From Eubacteriales bacterium (GTDB lineage Bacteria > Bacillota > JASUSC01), in contig JASUSC010000003.1 in NCBI GenBank assembly GCA_030446285.1, positions 1 to 59,860 on the forward strand: a DNA stretch of 59,860 nucleotides, given 5' to 3'. The number at the start of each line of letters is the position of its first letter. Positions within the stretch are counted from its first letter, which is position 1. Below the pieces are notes generated by a model, which ran no database searches, was not told the DNA's origin, and worked only from the letters and a program-made list of their open reading frames with translations. Below, in pieces: positions 1 through 7,736 of the stretch. A program made the position numbers and the translations under genes.

Positions 1-55
1 TCATCTGGTTTCACAAAAATGGGTCGCATTTAATATTGCAGTTTAGACTTTTTTA

Positions 56-76
56 ACTTTTTTAAAAAGTTCCTAG
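56..76. mobile_element. Possible IS5-family terminal inverted repeat next to a CTAG target-like site
   Basis: ACTTTTTTAAAAAGTTCC-TAG at the AT-rich window edge resembles recalled IS5-subgroup ends (GGAAC... on the opposite strand). CTAG at 73-76 contains the fthC stop. No transposase is visible. Confidence 0.3.
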
Positions 77-654
77 ATGTTGGCTTTTATCACCCGTTCC
101 TCCGTAACTATGTAGTGAACGGGTTGGTCATGGGCTTCAGGATAAACCTGATCCCTCACCTGCAACTCAAAAGCAAGAGCCACAAAAACCGTTCCCGGCC
201 CGGTCTGGAGGAGAAAACGGTCGTAAAAACCGCCGCCATACCCTAACCGGTTTCCCTTTTCATCAAAGGCCACTCCCGGCACCAACACCAGGTCTATCTC
301 CTGCGGCGGCACCGGCCGTATGGCCTCCGGCTTGGGTTCGGGAATACCCCAGGCCCCCGTACCGATATCGTCAGGATAATTAACTATCAGGGTCGGAATA
401 AGTCTTTTGCCGGCAACGTCGGTGACCGGAACCACCACCCTTTTCCCCCGGGCCATGGTTTGCCGCAACAGATAATCGGTAGCAACCTCATTGCGAAAAT
501 CCAGATACATCATCACCGTCTTGGCCTGCTGGTACTCGGGTAATCCCATGACTCTTTCGGCAATAACCCGGCTTTTCTGCAGAACTTCTTCCCGGCTTAG
601 GGCCATCCGTTCTTGGAGTACTTGTTTCCGCAGCGCTTTCTTTTTCTCTTCCAC
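73..654 (-). CDS. fthC: 5-formyltetrahydrofolate cyclo-ligase
   Basis: K-x2-LR N-terminus; DLVLVPGVAFDEKGNRLGYGGGFYDRFL signature. Confidence 0.95.
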   Translation of the reverse strand: MEEKKKALRKQVLQERMALSREEVLQKSRVIAERVMGLPEYQQAKTVMMYLDFRNEVATDYLLRQTMARGKRVVVPVTDVAGKRLIPTLIVNYPDDIGTGAWGIPEPKPEAIRPVPPQEIDLVLVPGVAFDEKGNRLGYGGGFYDRFLLQTGPGTVFVALAFELQVRDQVYPEAHDQPVHYIVTEERVIKANI

Positions 655-743
655 CGCTAGTCCTCCATCCAGCCCAGGGCTGATGCTTTTTTCCTTTGCT
701 TTCGAATTAAAACGAAATAAGACAGATATGCTTTTAATTTCTT

Positions 744-770
744 ATTCGCTGCCGAAAAATTTTTTCCTGC
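744..770 (-). promoter_or_regulatory. SigH-type promoter upstream of fthC
   Basis: GCAGGA-N17-GAAT on minus strand matches the SigH consensus. Confidence 0.55.
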
Positions 771-833
771 AAAATTAAAAAAATTTTAAATATTTGCTGG
801 CAAAAGAAAAAGGGAGTAATCCCTCCTTCAGGA

Positions 834-1418
834 CTACTCCCCTCTTCTCTTCATTACCGCCAGCGCCACCGCCGCTGCCAATAGAGCCTTCCCGATATCA
901 AAACCGATAAAAGGCCAGAAGCCAATTTTAAGAACTCCGCTCCAGTTTACTGCTTTCCCAAGGTAAAAATTGAGGATTGCATAGAGATAGGGCAGGCCGA
1001 CAGCATAAATCACTGCCAGACCTGCAAGAGCAGCGGCTACAAACACCGGCAGTCTCTTCCCGCCACGAGCGGTAATCAAACCCGTAACACCGGCAGCAGC
1101 TATAAAGCCGAGTAAGAAGCCAAAAGTTGGCTTGAGAACGTAAGCCGGCCCGCCAAAGGGAGGCGAAGCAAAAACCGGTACCCCCACCAGTCCCAGCACC
1201 ACATACACTAACATGCTCAGAAAGCCGTCCCGCGGCCCTAAAATCATCCCGGCCATGAGGGCAACAAGGGGGACAAGACTGAAGGGCACCACCGCATTTC
1301 CTCCCACCCTGACGATAACTGCCGCCACCACTGCCAGCGCAGCAAAAGCTGCAATCCGAGCCATCTGCCGGGCGGGCATTCTTCTCTCTTCTCCAGTGGC
1401 CTTTTCCATTTCTGCCAT
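834..1418 (-). CDS. bioY: Biotin ECF transporter substrate-binding component BioY
   Basis: VPFSL..G..LG...G...YV.LGL.G.PVFA...GG...PTFGFLLGF pattern; ATG at 1418 with GGAGGAGG RBS (ORF-track start 1499 is too long). Confidence 0.93.
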   Translation of the reverse strand: MAEMEKATGEERRMPARQMARIAAFAALAVVAAVIVRVGGNAVVPFSLVPLVALMAGMILGPRDGFLSMLVYVVLGLVGVPVFASPPFGGPAYVLKPTFGFLLGFIAAAGVTGLITARGGKRLPVFVAAALAGLAVIYAVGLPYLYAILNFYLGKAVNWSGVLKIGFWPFIGFDIGKALLAAAVALAVMKRRGE

Positions 1419-1435
1419 ACCTCCTCCCAAGGTAT

Positions 1436-1475
1436 TGTTAACTACTATTTTATTTTTGGTTAACCAGTGTGTCAA
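1436..1475 (-). promoter_or_regulatory. SigA promoter of bioY overlapped by a BirA operator
   Basis: TTGACA(1475-1470)-N17-TAAAAT(1452-1447); palindrome TGTTAAC-N16-GTTAACC at 1436-1465. Confidence 0.85.
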
Positions 1476-1515
1476 GAAATACTTCTTCTCCATCGGCAAA
1501 AATTCTCCTCAATGC

Positions 1516-1548
1516 AAATAAAAAGGCTGCCCGGTAAGTCGGACAGCC
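1516..1548 (-). terminator. Intrinsic terminator after terC
   Basis: GGCTGTCCG-acttac-CGGGCAGCC followed by TTTTTATTT on minus strand. Confidence 0.8.
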
Positions 1549-1557
1549 GTATCACTC

Positions 1558-2451
1558 TCATGCCCGCTTCTCTTTCTCCTGAGCAGGGAGAGGACACTCC
1601 CAGGACTCCACGTGAGCCGCCGGGTGCACTTTCCCTTTGCGGGAAGCTATCAGCGACGCCACTACGCTTACCGTCAGGATGAGAGCAATCATCCCTAAGG
1701 CAAGACCGGTGGGCACATGAATATCGAAAATAAGCAGGAGGAGCTTCACGCCGGTGAGGAAGAGGATAGCCCCCACGCCCTGTTTGACGTAAATAAACAG
1801 GCGCTGAATCCGCTCCAGGAAGAAGTACATGGAGCGCAAACCTAAAATGGCAAAAATGTTAGAAGTAAATACGATAAAGGGATCGGTGGTAATGGAGAAA
1901 ATAGCCGGAATGGAGTCAATGGCAAACATGATGTCAGTACTCTCGATGATCAGCAAAACCAGGAGCAAAGGAGTCATGTGCAATCTGCCGTTTATCCGCA
2001 CCGTGAATTTTTCCTCGTGGTACTCACAAGTGACAGGGATAAAACGGCGCACAAAACGGGTCAGCCAGTTCTTCTCCAAATCGATTTTTTCTTCGCCGCC
2101 GAAGATAAATTTAAAGGCGGAGACAATAAGCAGTCCTCCAAATATGTAGAGGACCCATTGAAACTTTTCCACTAAGGAAGCTCCCGCCAGGATAAAAGCA
2201 AGGCGGAAAATCACTGCTCCTATAATCCCGTAAGTCAGCACCCGGCGCTGGTACTGGCCCGGCACGCCAAAAGCAGAGAATACCATTAGGAAAAGGAAGA
2301 GGTTGTCCACACTGAGGGAAAGCTCAATGAGGTAGCCGGTGAAAAAGTCTATCGCTTTTTGCGGCCCTTCAAAGAGAAACACACCGGCGTTGAAAAGCAA
2401 AGCCAAGGTAACCCAGAAAACAACCCAGAATAAAGCTTTTTTGAACGGCAC
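1558..2451 (-). CDS. TerC/Alx family metal homeostasis membrane protein
   Basis: IELSLSVDNLF, IESTDIMFAIDSIPAIF and SNIFAILGLRSMYF motifs. Confidence 0.93.
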   Translation of the reverse strand: MPFKKALFWVVFWVTLALLFNAGVFLFEGPQKAIDFFTGYLIELSLSVDNLFLFLMVFSAFGVPGQYQRRVLTYGIIGAVIFRLAFILAGASLVEKFQWVLYIFGGLLIVSAFKFIFGGEEKIDLEKNWLTRFVRRFIPVTCEYHEEKFTVRINGRLHMTPLLLVLLIIESTDIMFAIDSIPAIFSITTDPFIVFTSNIFAILGLRSMYFFLERIQRLFIYVKQGVGAILFLTGVKLLLLIFDIHVPTGLALGMIALILTVSVVASLIASRKGKVHPAAHVESWECPLPAQEKEKRA

Positions 2452-2511
2452 AAATCATCCCCCCCCTGTCGTTGAAAAATATTTTAGTTAGCTACTGAAG
2501 TCTAGCCAAAG

Positions 2512-2549
2512 AAAAAACTCTACACCCCCTGGACGGCAAGTGTAGAGTC
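2512..2549 (-). terminator. Expression-platform terminator of the yybP-ykoY riboswitch
   Basis: ACTCTACAC...GTGTAGAGT followed by a T-tract; 5' arm overlaps the aptamer 3' end (GAGACTC). Confidence 0.8.
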
Positions 2550-2642
2550 TCACTGGGCTTACGCCAACAAAGCCGGGCCAAGAAGGCCGTGATGACGACT
2601 TTGTTTCCTGTCCGCGAAAGGACAGGCAGTTACTCCCCCTAC
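2545..2642 (-). ncRNA. yybP-ykoY (Mn2+) riboswitch
   Basis: Minus strand AGGGGGAGTAAC...ACAAAGTCGTCATCAC-GGCC-loop-GGCC-CGGCTTTGTTGGC...GAGACT, upstream of terC. Confidence 0.9.
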
Positions 2643-2659
2643 TTGCGTTATTCCTTTAT

Positions 2660-3646
2660 TCAGGCTGACTCCCGGCGCAAAATAACACGGCTGCCTATAC
2701 GCAGAGGTGGTTTTTTCACCTGCAGTTTCTCTTCGAGAATAGCACCGGTCGTATTGTCTACCGCCACTCGTACTCCGTGCAGACCGCCGATTTGCAGGAG
2801 ATGTACATCTAACCACTCGATAATATAAGCATTTTCCTCTTTGAGAACGTTGTAGATGGGGAAGCGCGCTCTCTTCAGGAATATCTCTACCAGCTCCGAC
2901 TCCTGAGAGCAGGCAACACAGCGGTGGTAAGAAGCAGAAGCGTATTCCCGCCTGATTACCACCCGTTCCCGCAATGAATCTACTTTCATGTAGTAATAGC
3001 GGCTGCTGCGACAGGCTATAACATCCCACTGGAACGGACTTACTGCCGACGGTAAAACCCACATCTTTCCCCTGCGGTAATAAGCTGGGAGCTCTCTCGC
3101 TGCCAACAAACGGCTTCTCCGCTTCTGATGAACCCTCAACAGCAAGTAAAACCCAATTACTCCTAACGCAGAAAGCTGAAGAGAAAATTTCAGGTGAGGA
3201 ACCTCATATCCCACCATCAACGCTCCCAGCAGGGAGCCAATTACTACCGGATCAAAAAACCACACCAAGTTAAAGCTGTACTTCTTGCTGGAAAAAGGAT
3301 AGAAGAGGGGCACCCCCCACGGAGTCAGGGAATCCATCAGCAGATGGAGGGCCATTCCCAAAGCAGACACACCCAGCCCCTGAAAAAAGGTAAGGGGAAA
3401 CAAAAAACTAAGACCCGCCGCTAAAACAAGGCCAATTGCCGTTGCTCCCACAAGGGAGTGGGTAATTTCGCGGTGGTACTTGTAAAAGGCCCGGGCACCC
3501 TTGAGCATTACCACCCCGTCAAAATCAGGGGCCATACTGGCCAGAACCAGGCCGGCAACAGAGGCAGCCCCCAACTTTTCTTTCACTCCCAACCCGGCCA
3601 GCACAAACCCCAAGACCCCGTGGGAGATGAGATCCATTTCTTTCAC
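2660..3646 (-). CDS. Membrane-bound metal-dependent hydrolase (YdjM-like family)
   Basis: MDLISH, APDFD, HREITHSL and HLLMDSLTPWGVPLFYPF motifs. Confidence 0.85.
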   Translation of the reverse strand: MKEMDLISHGVLGFVLAGLGVKEKLGAASVAGLVLASMAPDFDGVVMLKGARAFYKYHREITHSLVGATAIGLVLAAGLSFLFPLTFFQGLGVSALGMALHLLMDSLTPWGVPLFYPFSSKKYSFNLVWFFDPVVIGSLLGALMVGYEVPHLKFSLQLSALGVIGFYLLLRVHQKRRSRLLAARELPAYYRRGKMWVLPSAVSPFQWDVIACRSSRYYYMKVDSLRERVVIRREYASASYHRCVACSQESELVEIFLKRARFPIYNVLKEENAYIIEWLDVHLLQIGGLHGVRVAVDNTTGAILEEKLQVKKPPLRIGSRVILRRESA

Positions 3647-3684
3647 CCCGATGTTTTCTTCATGAATAACCCTCTAAGAGGGTA

Positions 3685-4500
3685 TTATATGCGAACGGCA
3701 AATTTTTTTCCATCCCTAAATGTAGCAATTTCCCGGTACCCCACTTCTTTAATCAATCGCAATGCCTGTTCAAAAGCGTAGCCCACATCTTCCGGCTGGT
3801 GAGCATCTGAACCTAGGGTTACTGGCACCCCGCTTTCACAGAAAGCAACAAGGAACTCATAAGCCGGGTAGATCTCCTTCGCCGGTACCCTTAGCCCGGC
3901 CGTGTTTACTTCCGCACACACTCCCGCTTCCCGAAACACCTTAGCCACCCGCCGGTACAGCTCTTTCATATCCCGCCGGGGGCGAAAGTTGAATTTTTTG
4001 ATCAAATCCGGATGAGCCATAATGTGAAAAAAACCGCTACCCGCCGCCTCCATTAACCGCTGAAAATAATACTCATAGAGTTCATCGATATCCCAGCGCT
4101 CGTAGCCGTCAAGGTAGTGCAAGTTGTCAAAGCCCCAGCCGTCAAGAAAATGGACCGACCCGATTACATAGTCAAAAGGATAGGAACGCAACAACTGCCT
4201 CAGCTTCTCCTCGTGGCCAGGAACGTAGTCAGCTTCAATCCCTAACCTGACGACGGTCCCTCCCATCTTCTCTGCTTCCGCCTTCAGGGCCATTACTTCT
4301 TGCACGTAGTCCGGTAATTTTTCTTCTGCCATGGCTATCCCGGGATCGCGCTCTTCCACCGGCAAAAAATACATGGGAAGGTGGTCGGCAAAGCCTATTT
4401 CGCCAAGACCCGCCTCCCGCGCCTTTTGGAGATAATCTTTTAACTCCCCGCTGGCGTGGCCACAGCGGGCGGTATGGACATGATAATCAACTAGGGTCAC
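3685..4500 (-). CDS. PHP-family histidinol-phosphatase (HisJ-like)
   Basis: DYHVHT, FADH, GIEAD, IGSVH, AHPD and GSDAH motifs. Confidence 0.88.
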   Translation of the reverse strand: MTLVDYHVHTARCGHASGELKDYLQKAREAGLGEIGFADHLPMYFLPVEERDPGIAMAEEKLPDYVQEVMALKAEAEKMGGTVVRLGIEADYVPGHEEKLRQLLRSYPFDYVIGSVHFLDGWGFDNLHYLDGYERWDIDELYEYYFQRLMEAAGSGFFHIMAHPDLIKKFNFRPRRDMKELYRRVAKVFREAGVCAEVNTAGLRVPAKEIYPAYEFLVAFCESGVPVTLGSDAHQPEDVGYAFEQALRLIKEVGYREIATFRDGKKFAVRI

Positions 4501-5027
4501 GACACTCTCCTCCTGGCGATAAAGCGCGTTGCTTTATATACCAGATATATCCCCAGTCCGATGAGAAGGAAGGGCAACCCTAAACGCCAGAGGTGCCAGA
4601 AAGCCAAGGAGGTAAAAAAACAATGGTAATATAGCAGCGAAAGCAGCCCCGTTCCTATCAGGATCACTGCCAGCGGCCAAAAAGGGCGGCCAGCCGGGTA
4701 AAGGGAAGCAACGGCCATCCCAGCCCCGGCAGAAAATAAAAGCCAGGGCCAAACCGGCCTCATCTCATAAGTTGGAAGGACATCGAGAGCAAAAAGGAAA
4801 AAATAGAGGCCGATCAAAGCGAGGAAAGTACCTATGGCCGCATATCCTCCCCAGTTCCCCGTTGCAGCCCTAATTAAAAGGTACAAACCGGCCACAATCA
4901 AAAAGAGAGAAAAAATGGGGCGCAAATTTATCTCCAATCCTAAACTCTTTCCCAGCCAGTAAAGGCCCAGCAAAACCATGATGAATCCTAAAGCTGAGCG
5001 CCACCGGTTTTTCCTCACCGGTCTCAC
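4497..5027 (-). CDS. Multi-pass membrane protein with LiaI/LiaF-like transmembrane repeats
   Basis: Repeated hydrophobic hairpins with WP-x2-L and P-x-LLI-x-LG-x-YL patterns; stop overlaps the downstream start. Confidence 0.6.
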   Translation of the reverse strand: MRPVRKNRWRSALGFIMVLLGLYWLGKSLGLEINLRPIFSLFLIVAGLYLLIRAATGNWGGYAAIGTFLALIGLYFFLFALDVLPTYEMRPVWPWLLFSAGAGMAVASLYPAGRPFWPLAVILIGTGLLSLLYYHCFFTSLAFWHLWRLGLPFLLIGLGIYLVYKATRFIARRRVS

Positions 5028-5494
5028 CCCTCCTTCCTATTTCTGCCGCGGTAAAGGATAAGAAACAGACCCAGCGCAATCAGAGCAACAGGCCCGGCGA
5101 TGCGCTGGAAAAACCAACGCACCCTCTCAATAATCTCGTAGGGGAGAAAATTGAGAGCCAGCAACCACAATCCAGCCGCTATGAACAAAATCCCCACCAG
5201 AAGAACAAGTTGCGACCAGAACTGCGCCATCGTCCGGCTGCCAAACAATTTTTCGGATTCTCTCCCTTCTCCGGAGGAAAAAACATAAGTTTCCTCCGGC
5301 GGCGGCATTAGCACGGCCAACAAAAAGTAGACAATCAGCGCAGGAAACACTTTTGTCATCAGAGCAAAAATAACAAAAGCCGCCTGAACCCATAGAGGAT
5401 CTATTCCTAAGTATTCAGCCAGTCCCCCCGCTACCCCGGCTATTACTTTTTTCCGACTGCGCGGGGGCAGAGAAAAACGCACGCCGCCACTCAT
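5024..5494 (-). CDS. PspC domain membrane protein
   Basis: RSRKKVIAGVAGGLAEYLGIDPLWV PspC motif; ATG at 5494 after AGGAGGGGAG. Confidence 0.85.
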   Translation of the reverse strand: MSGGVRFSLPPRSRKKVIAGVAGGLAEYLGIDPLWVQAAFVIFALMTKVFPALIVYFLLAVLMPPPEETYVFSSGEGRESEKLFGSRTMAQFWSQLVLLVGILFIAAGLWLLALNFLPYEIIERVRWFFQRIAGPVALIALGLFLILYRGRNRKEG

Positions 5495-5505
5495 CTTCTC
5501 CCCTC

Positions 5506-6114
5506 CTAAATCGTTCCTCGCCGCCTGCGGTAGAAGAACCAAGCAACCAGAATCACCAAGGCTGCTACGATCACATAATCCAGCTTGTGGAACCACTGGC
5601 GAATAAGAGGCCAGTTCTCTCCCATTTTATACCCTAAATAAACCAGCAAAATACTCCAGGGCAGAGATCCTAAAAAAGTGTAAATAACAAAGCGCAAAAA
5701 GTTCATCCGGGCAATACCTGCCGGCAGGGAAATAAAGGTCCGCACCACCGGCATAAGGCGAGTCCAGAAAACCGTAGCCTCCCCGTGTCTCTGAAACCAG
5801 CGATCGGCCAGTTCCAGTTCTTTCTGTTTGATAAATATGTAGCGGCCGTATTTCTCCAAAAGAGGACGGCCACCAAAATAACCAACTGCATAAGCGATAA
5901 TAGAGCCGACCGTCCCTCCTGTTGTCCCTGCTAGCACCGCTCCCCAGAAGGTAATATCACCGCGGTAGGCTAAATAGCCTCCTAAGGGGAGAATTATCTC
6001 ACTGGGCAGGGGGATACAGGCGCTCTCTATGGCCATCCCTATCCCTACTCCCCAGTAACCCATAGCAGCAATATACTGGACAACCACCGCTAAAATTCGG
6101 TTAAAAAATTCCAT
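5506..6114 (-). CDS. DedA family protein (UptA/YngC-like)
   Basis: ESACIPLPSEII, GGRPLLEKYG and RLMPVVRTFISLPAG motifs. Confidence 0.92.
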   Translation of the reverse strand: MEFFNRILAVVVQYIAAMGYWGVGIGMAIESACIPLPSEIILPLGGYLAYRGDITFWGAVLAGTTGGTVGSIIAYAVGYFGGRPLLEKYGRYIFIKQKELELADRWFQRHGEATVFWTRLMPVVRTFISLPAGIARMNFLRFVIYTFLGSLPWSILLVYLGYKMGENWPLIRQWFHKLDYVIVAALVILVAWFFYRRRRGTI

Positions 6115-6124
6115 CTTCTACCTC

Positions 6125-7207
6125 CTACTTAAAATATTTCGCCCGCATTTTTGCTGCTAATTCCGCCGTCAACCGGTAGACCAGTTCCGCCCGTTCTGGA
6201 GTCAGGGTGCCAGTGCCGCAAGCGGGCGTAATAAGAGCCTGCCGGCACAATAGTTCAAGGGGTATCCCCCGCTCTGCCAGCCAGTTAAAATGAGCTTCCA
6301 GCCTCTCTACCAGGCTCTCGGTACTCTCCCCGTCAACGGCCGGCGAAGTGGGCACTATTCCCCAGGCCAGAACTCCGCCTCCGGCAAGAAAATCAGTGAG
6401 ATGAGGCAGGAGAACCACCAAGGAATCGAAGTAATTGTAAGCATCAAAGCTGATGACTTTTACCCCTCCCTCGAGGAGCAAGGTCCAGTCGATACCGGCA
6501 CAGGAATGAACCCCGGTAATTATCCCTTCCCGGTGAAGGAGTTCCGTCAAATAACGGAGCCCAGAAACAATGTCTTCCCTTTGCAGTCCCACATAAAGGG
6601 AGCTGCCGTAAGCATACATACCGGGATCGTCAATGAAAAGGAGCACAGGGAGACCACTTTTGGCCAGTTCTCTTCCCTGCCACAGGGCCTGCACACCCAG
6701 CGTGCGGAGAAGAATTTCTCGCAACTGCGGCTCGTAGTAAATCGCTTTGCCGGCACCGTCTTTCAAGTAGAAACCAACCGTTACCGGGCCGCTGATCTGC
6801 CCTTTTACCATTACCGCTCCCTCGGGGAGATTGTGGGTTTCAACTTTCCTCATGAAAGCGTAAAAACCGGAGGCAGCTTCGGGCGGAAAAGCAAAAAAAT
6901 TCAACGCTTCCCCATCACCTTCTTCGGCGGCTAAACATTTTTCTAAGAAGGAAGTCATCAACTCCGGTCCTTTTTCCGGCGGAAAATCTATTACCACCCG
7001 CCCCTCGTTATCCCTCGTGGCCAATCCTGCTTTGAGCAAGGGAGGAGCAAACTGTTCTACAAATCCCTCTTCTTTGCCCCGGCCGGGTAACTGAGGCCAG
7101 TGAGGAATGTCCGGAAAATATCGAAAAACCACGGCTAAAGCCTCTTCTTCCTCTGTATAAGGCAGACTTCCTATTCCGGTAGTTGCGAAACGTGGTTCCC
7201 AGTGCAC
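6125..7207 (-). CDS. Core (single-barrel) methionine synthase, MesB-like
   Basis: TGIGSLP, WPQLP, KGQISGP, FIDDP, H-S-C, SFD, WGIVPT and TPACG motifs; ~360 aa; GTG at 7207 after AAAGGGGAG. Confidence 0.8.
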   Translation of the reverse strand: MHWEPRFATTGIGSLPYTEEEEALAVVFRYFPDIPHWPQLPGRGKEEGFVEQFAPPLLKAGLATRDNEGRVVIDFPPEKGPELMTSFLEKCLAAEEGDGEALNFFAFPPEAASGFYAFMRKVETHNLPEGAVMVKGQISGPVTVGFYLKDGAGKAIYYEPQLREILLRTLGVQALWQGRELAKSGLPVLLFIDDPGMYAYGSSLYVGLQREDIVSGLRYLTELLHREGIITGVHSCAGIDWTLLLEGGVKVISFDAYNYFDSLVVLLPHLTDFLAGGGVLAWGIVPTSPAVDGESTESLVERLEAHFNWLAERGIPLELLCRQALITPACGTGTLTPERAELVYRLTAELAAKMRAKYFK

Positions 7208-7367
7208 CGCTTTCTCCCCTTTCATCTTTCTTGAGATAAAAAATTAGCCTCCTTTCCCATCTCCGCCGCTAAATTCATTGTATAATATTAATGTACCGGT
7301 TTTTGCAGGTCAAAAGTATTTTTTGCAATTACCGGCTGTATACTAATCAAGCAGGAGGATCGCCTTC

Positions 7368-7724
7368 TTGAAAGAATTAAAGCGCCTTCTTCGCGCCACA
7401 GGCTACTCCTTGCAGGGAATAAAATACCTCTGGACCCGGGAAAAGAACTTCCGGCTGCTGCTGGGAGCCACCGTGCTCGTAAGCGTTATGGGTTACATTC
7501 TTCCCTCCATCAGCCAGCAGGAAATGGCTCTCCTTCTCCTGGCAATGGCCCTGGTGACAGTGGCTGAAACTTTGAACACTGCCATCGAAAAAACTCTGGA
7601 CTATGCCTCTACAGAAAATTACCATCCGCTAATAAAAGTAGCCAAGGATGTGGCCAGCGCCGCCGTTTTTATCGCCATTCTCTTCGGCCTGGCCATCCTT
7701 TGCTTGAGTTTAATTACCCCGTGA
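7368..7724 (+). CDS. dgkA: Diacylglycerol/undecaprenol kinase family protein
   Basis: EKNFR, ETLNTAIEKTLD and KVAKDVASAAV motifs; AGGAGG RBS. Confidence 0.9.
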   Translation: MKELKRLLRATGYSLQGIKYLWTREKNFRLLLGATVLVSVMGYILPSISQQEMALLLLAMALVTVAETLNTAIEKTLDYASTENYHPLIKVAKDVASAAVFIAILFGLAILCLSLITP

Positions 7725-7736
7725 ACTTTTCCCGGC

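Noticed and set aside
655-833. 6S RNA or a folate/ZMP riboswitch upstream of fthC
   Set aside because: No long rod-like pairing or conserved aptamer motifs; a SigH-like promoter and short hairpins explain the region
2559-3062. 167 aa minus-strand ORF
   Set aside because: Alternate frame of the hydrolase running into the riboswitch; no recognisable motifs
7210-7260. S-box-like TTATCTCAAGAAAG upstream of the methionine synthase
   Set aside because: The rest of the SAM-I consensus and a terminator are absent and the space is too short
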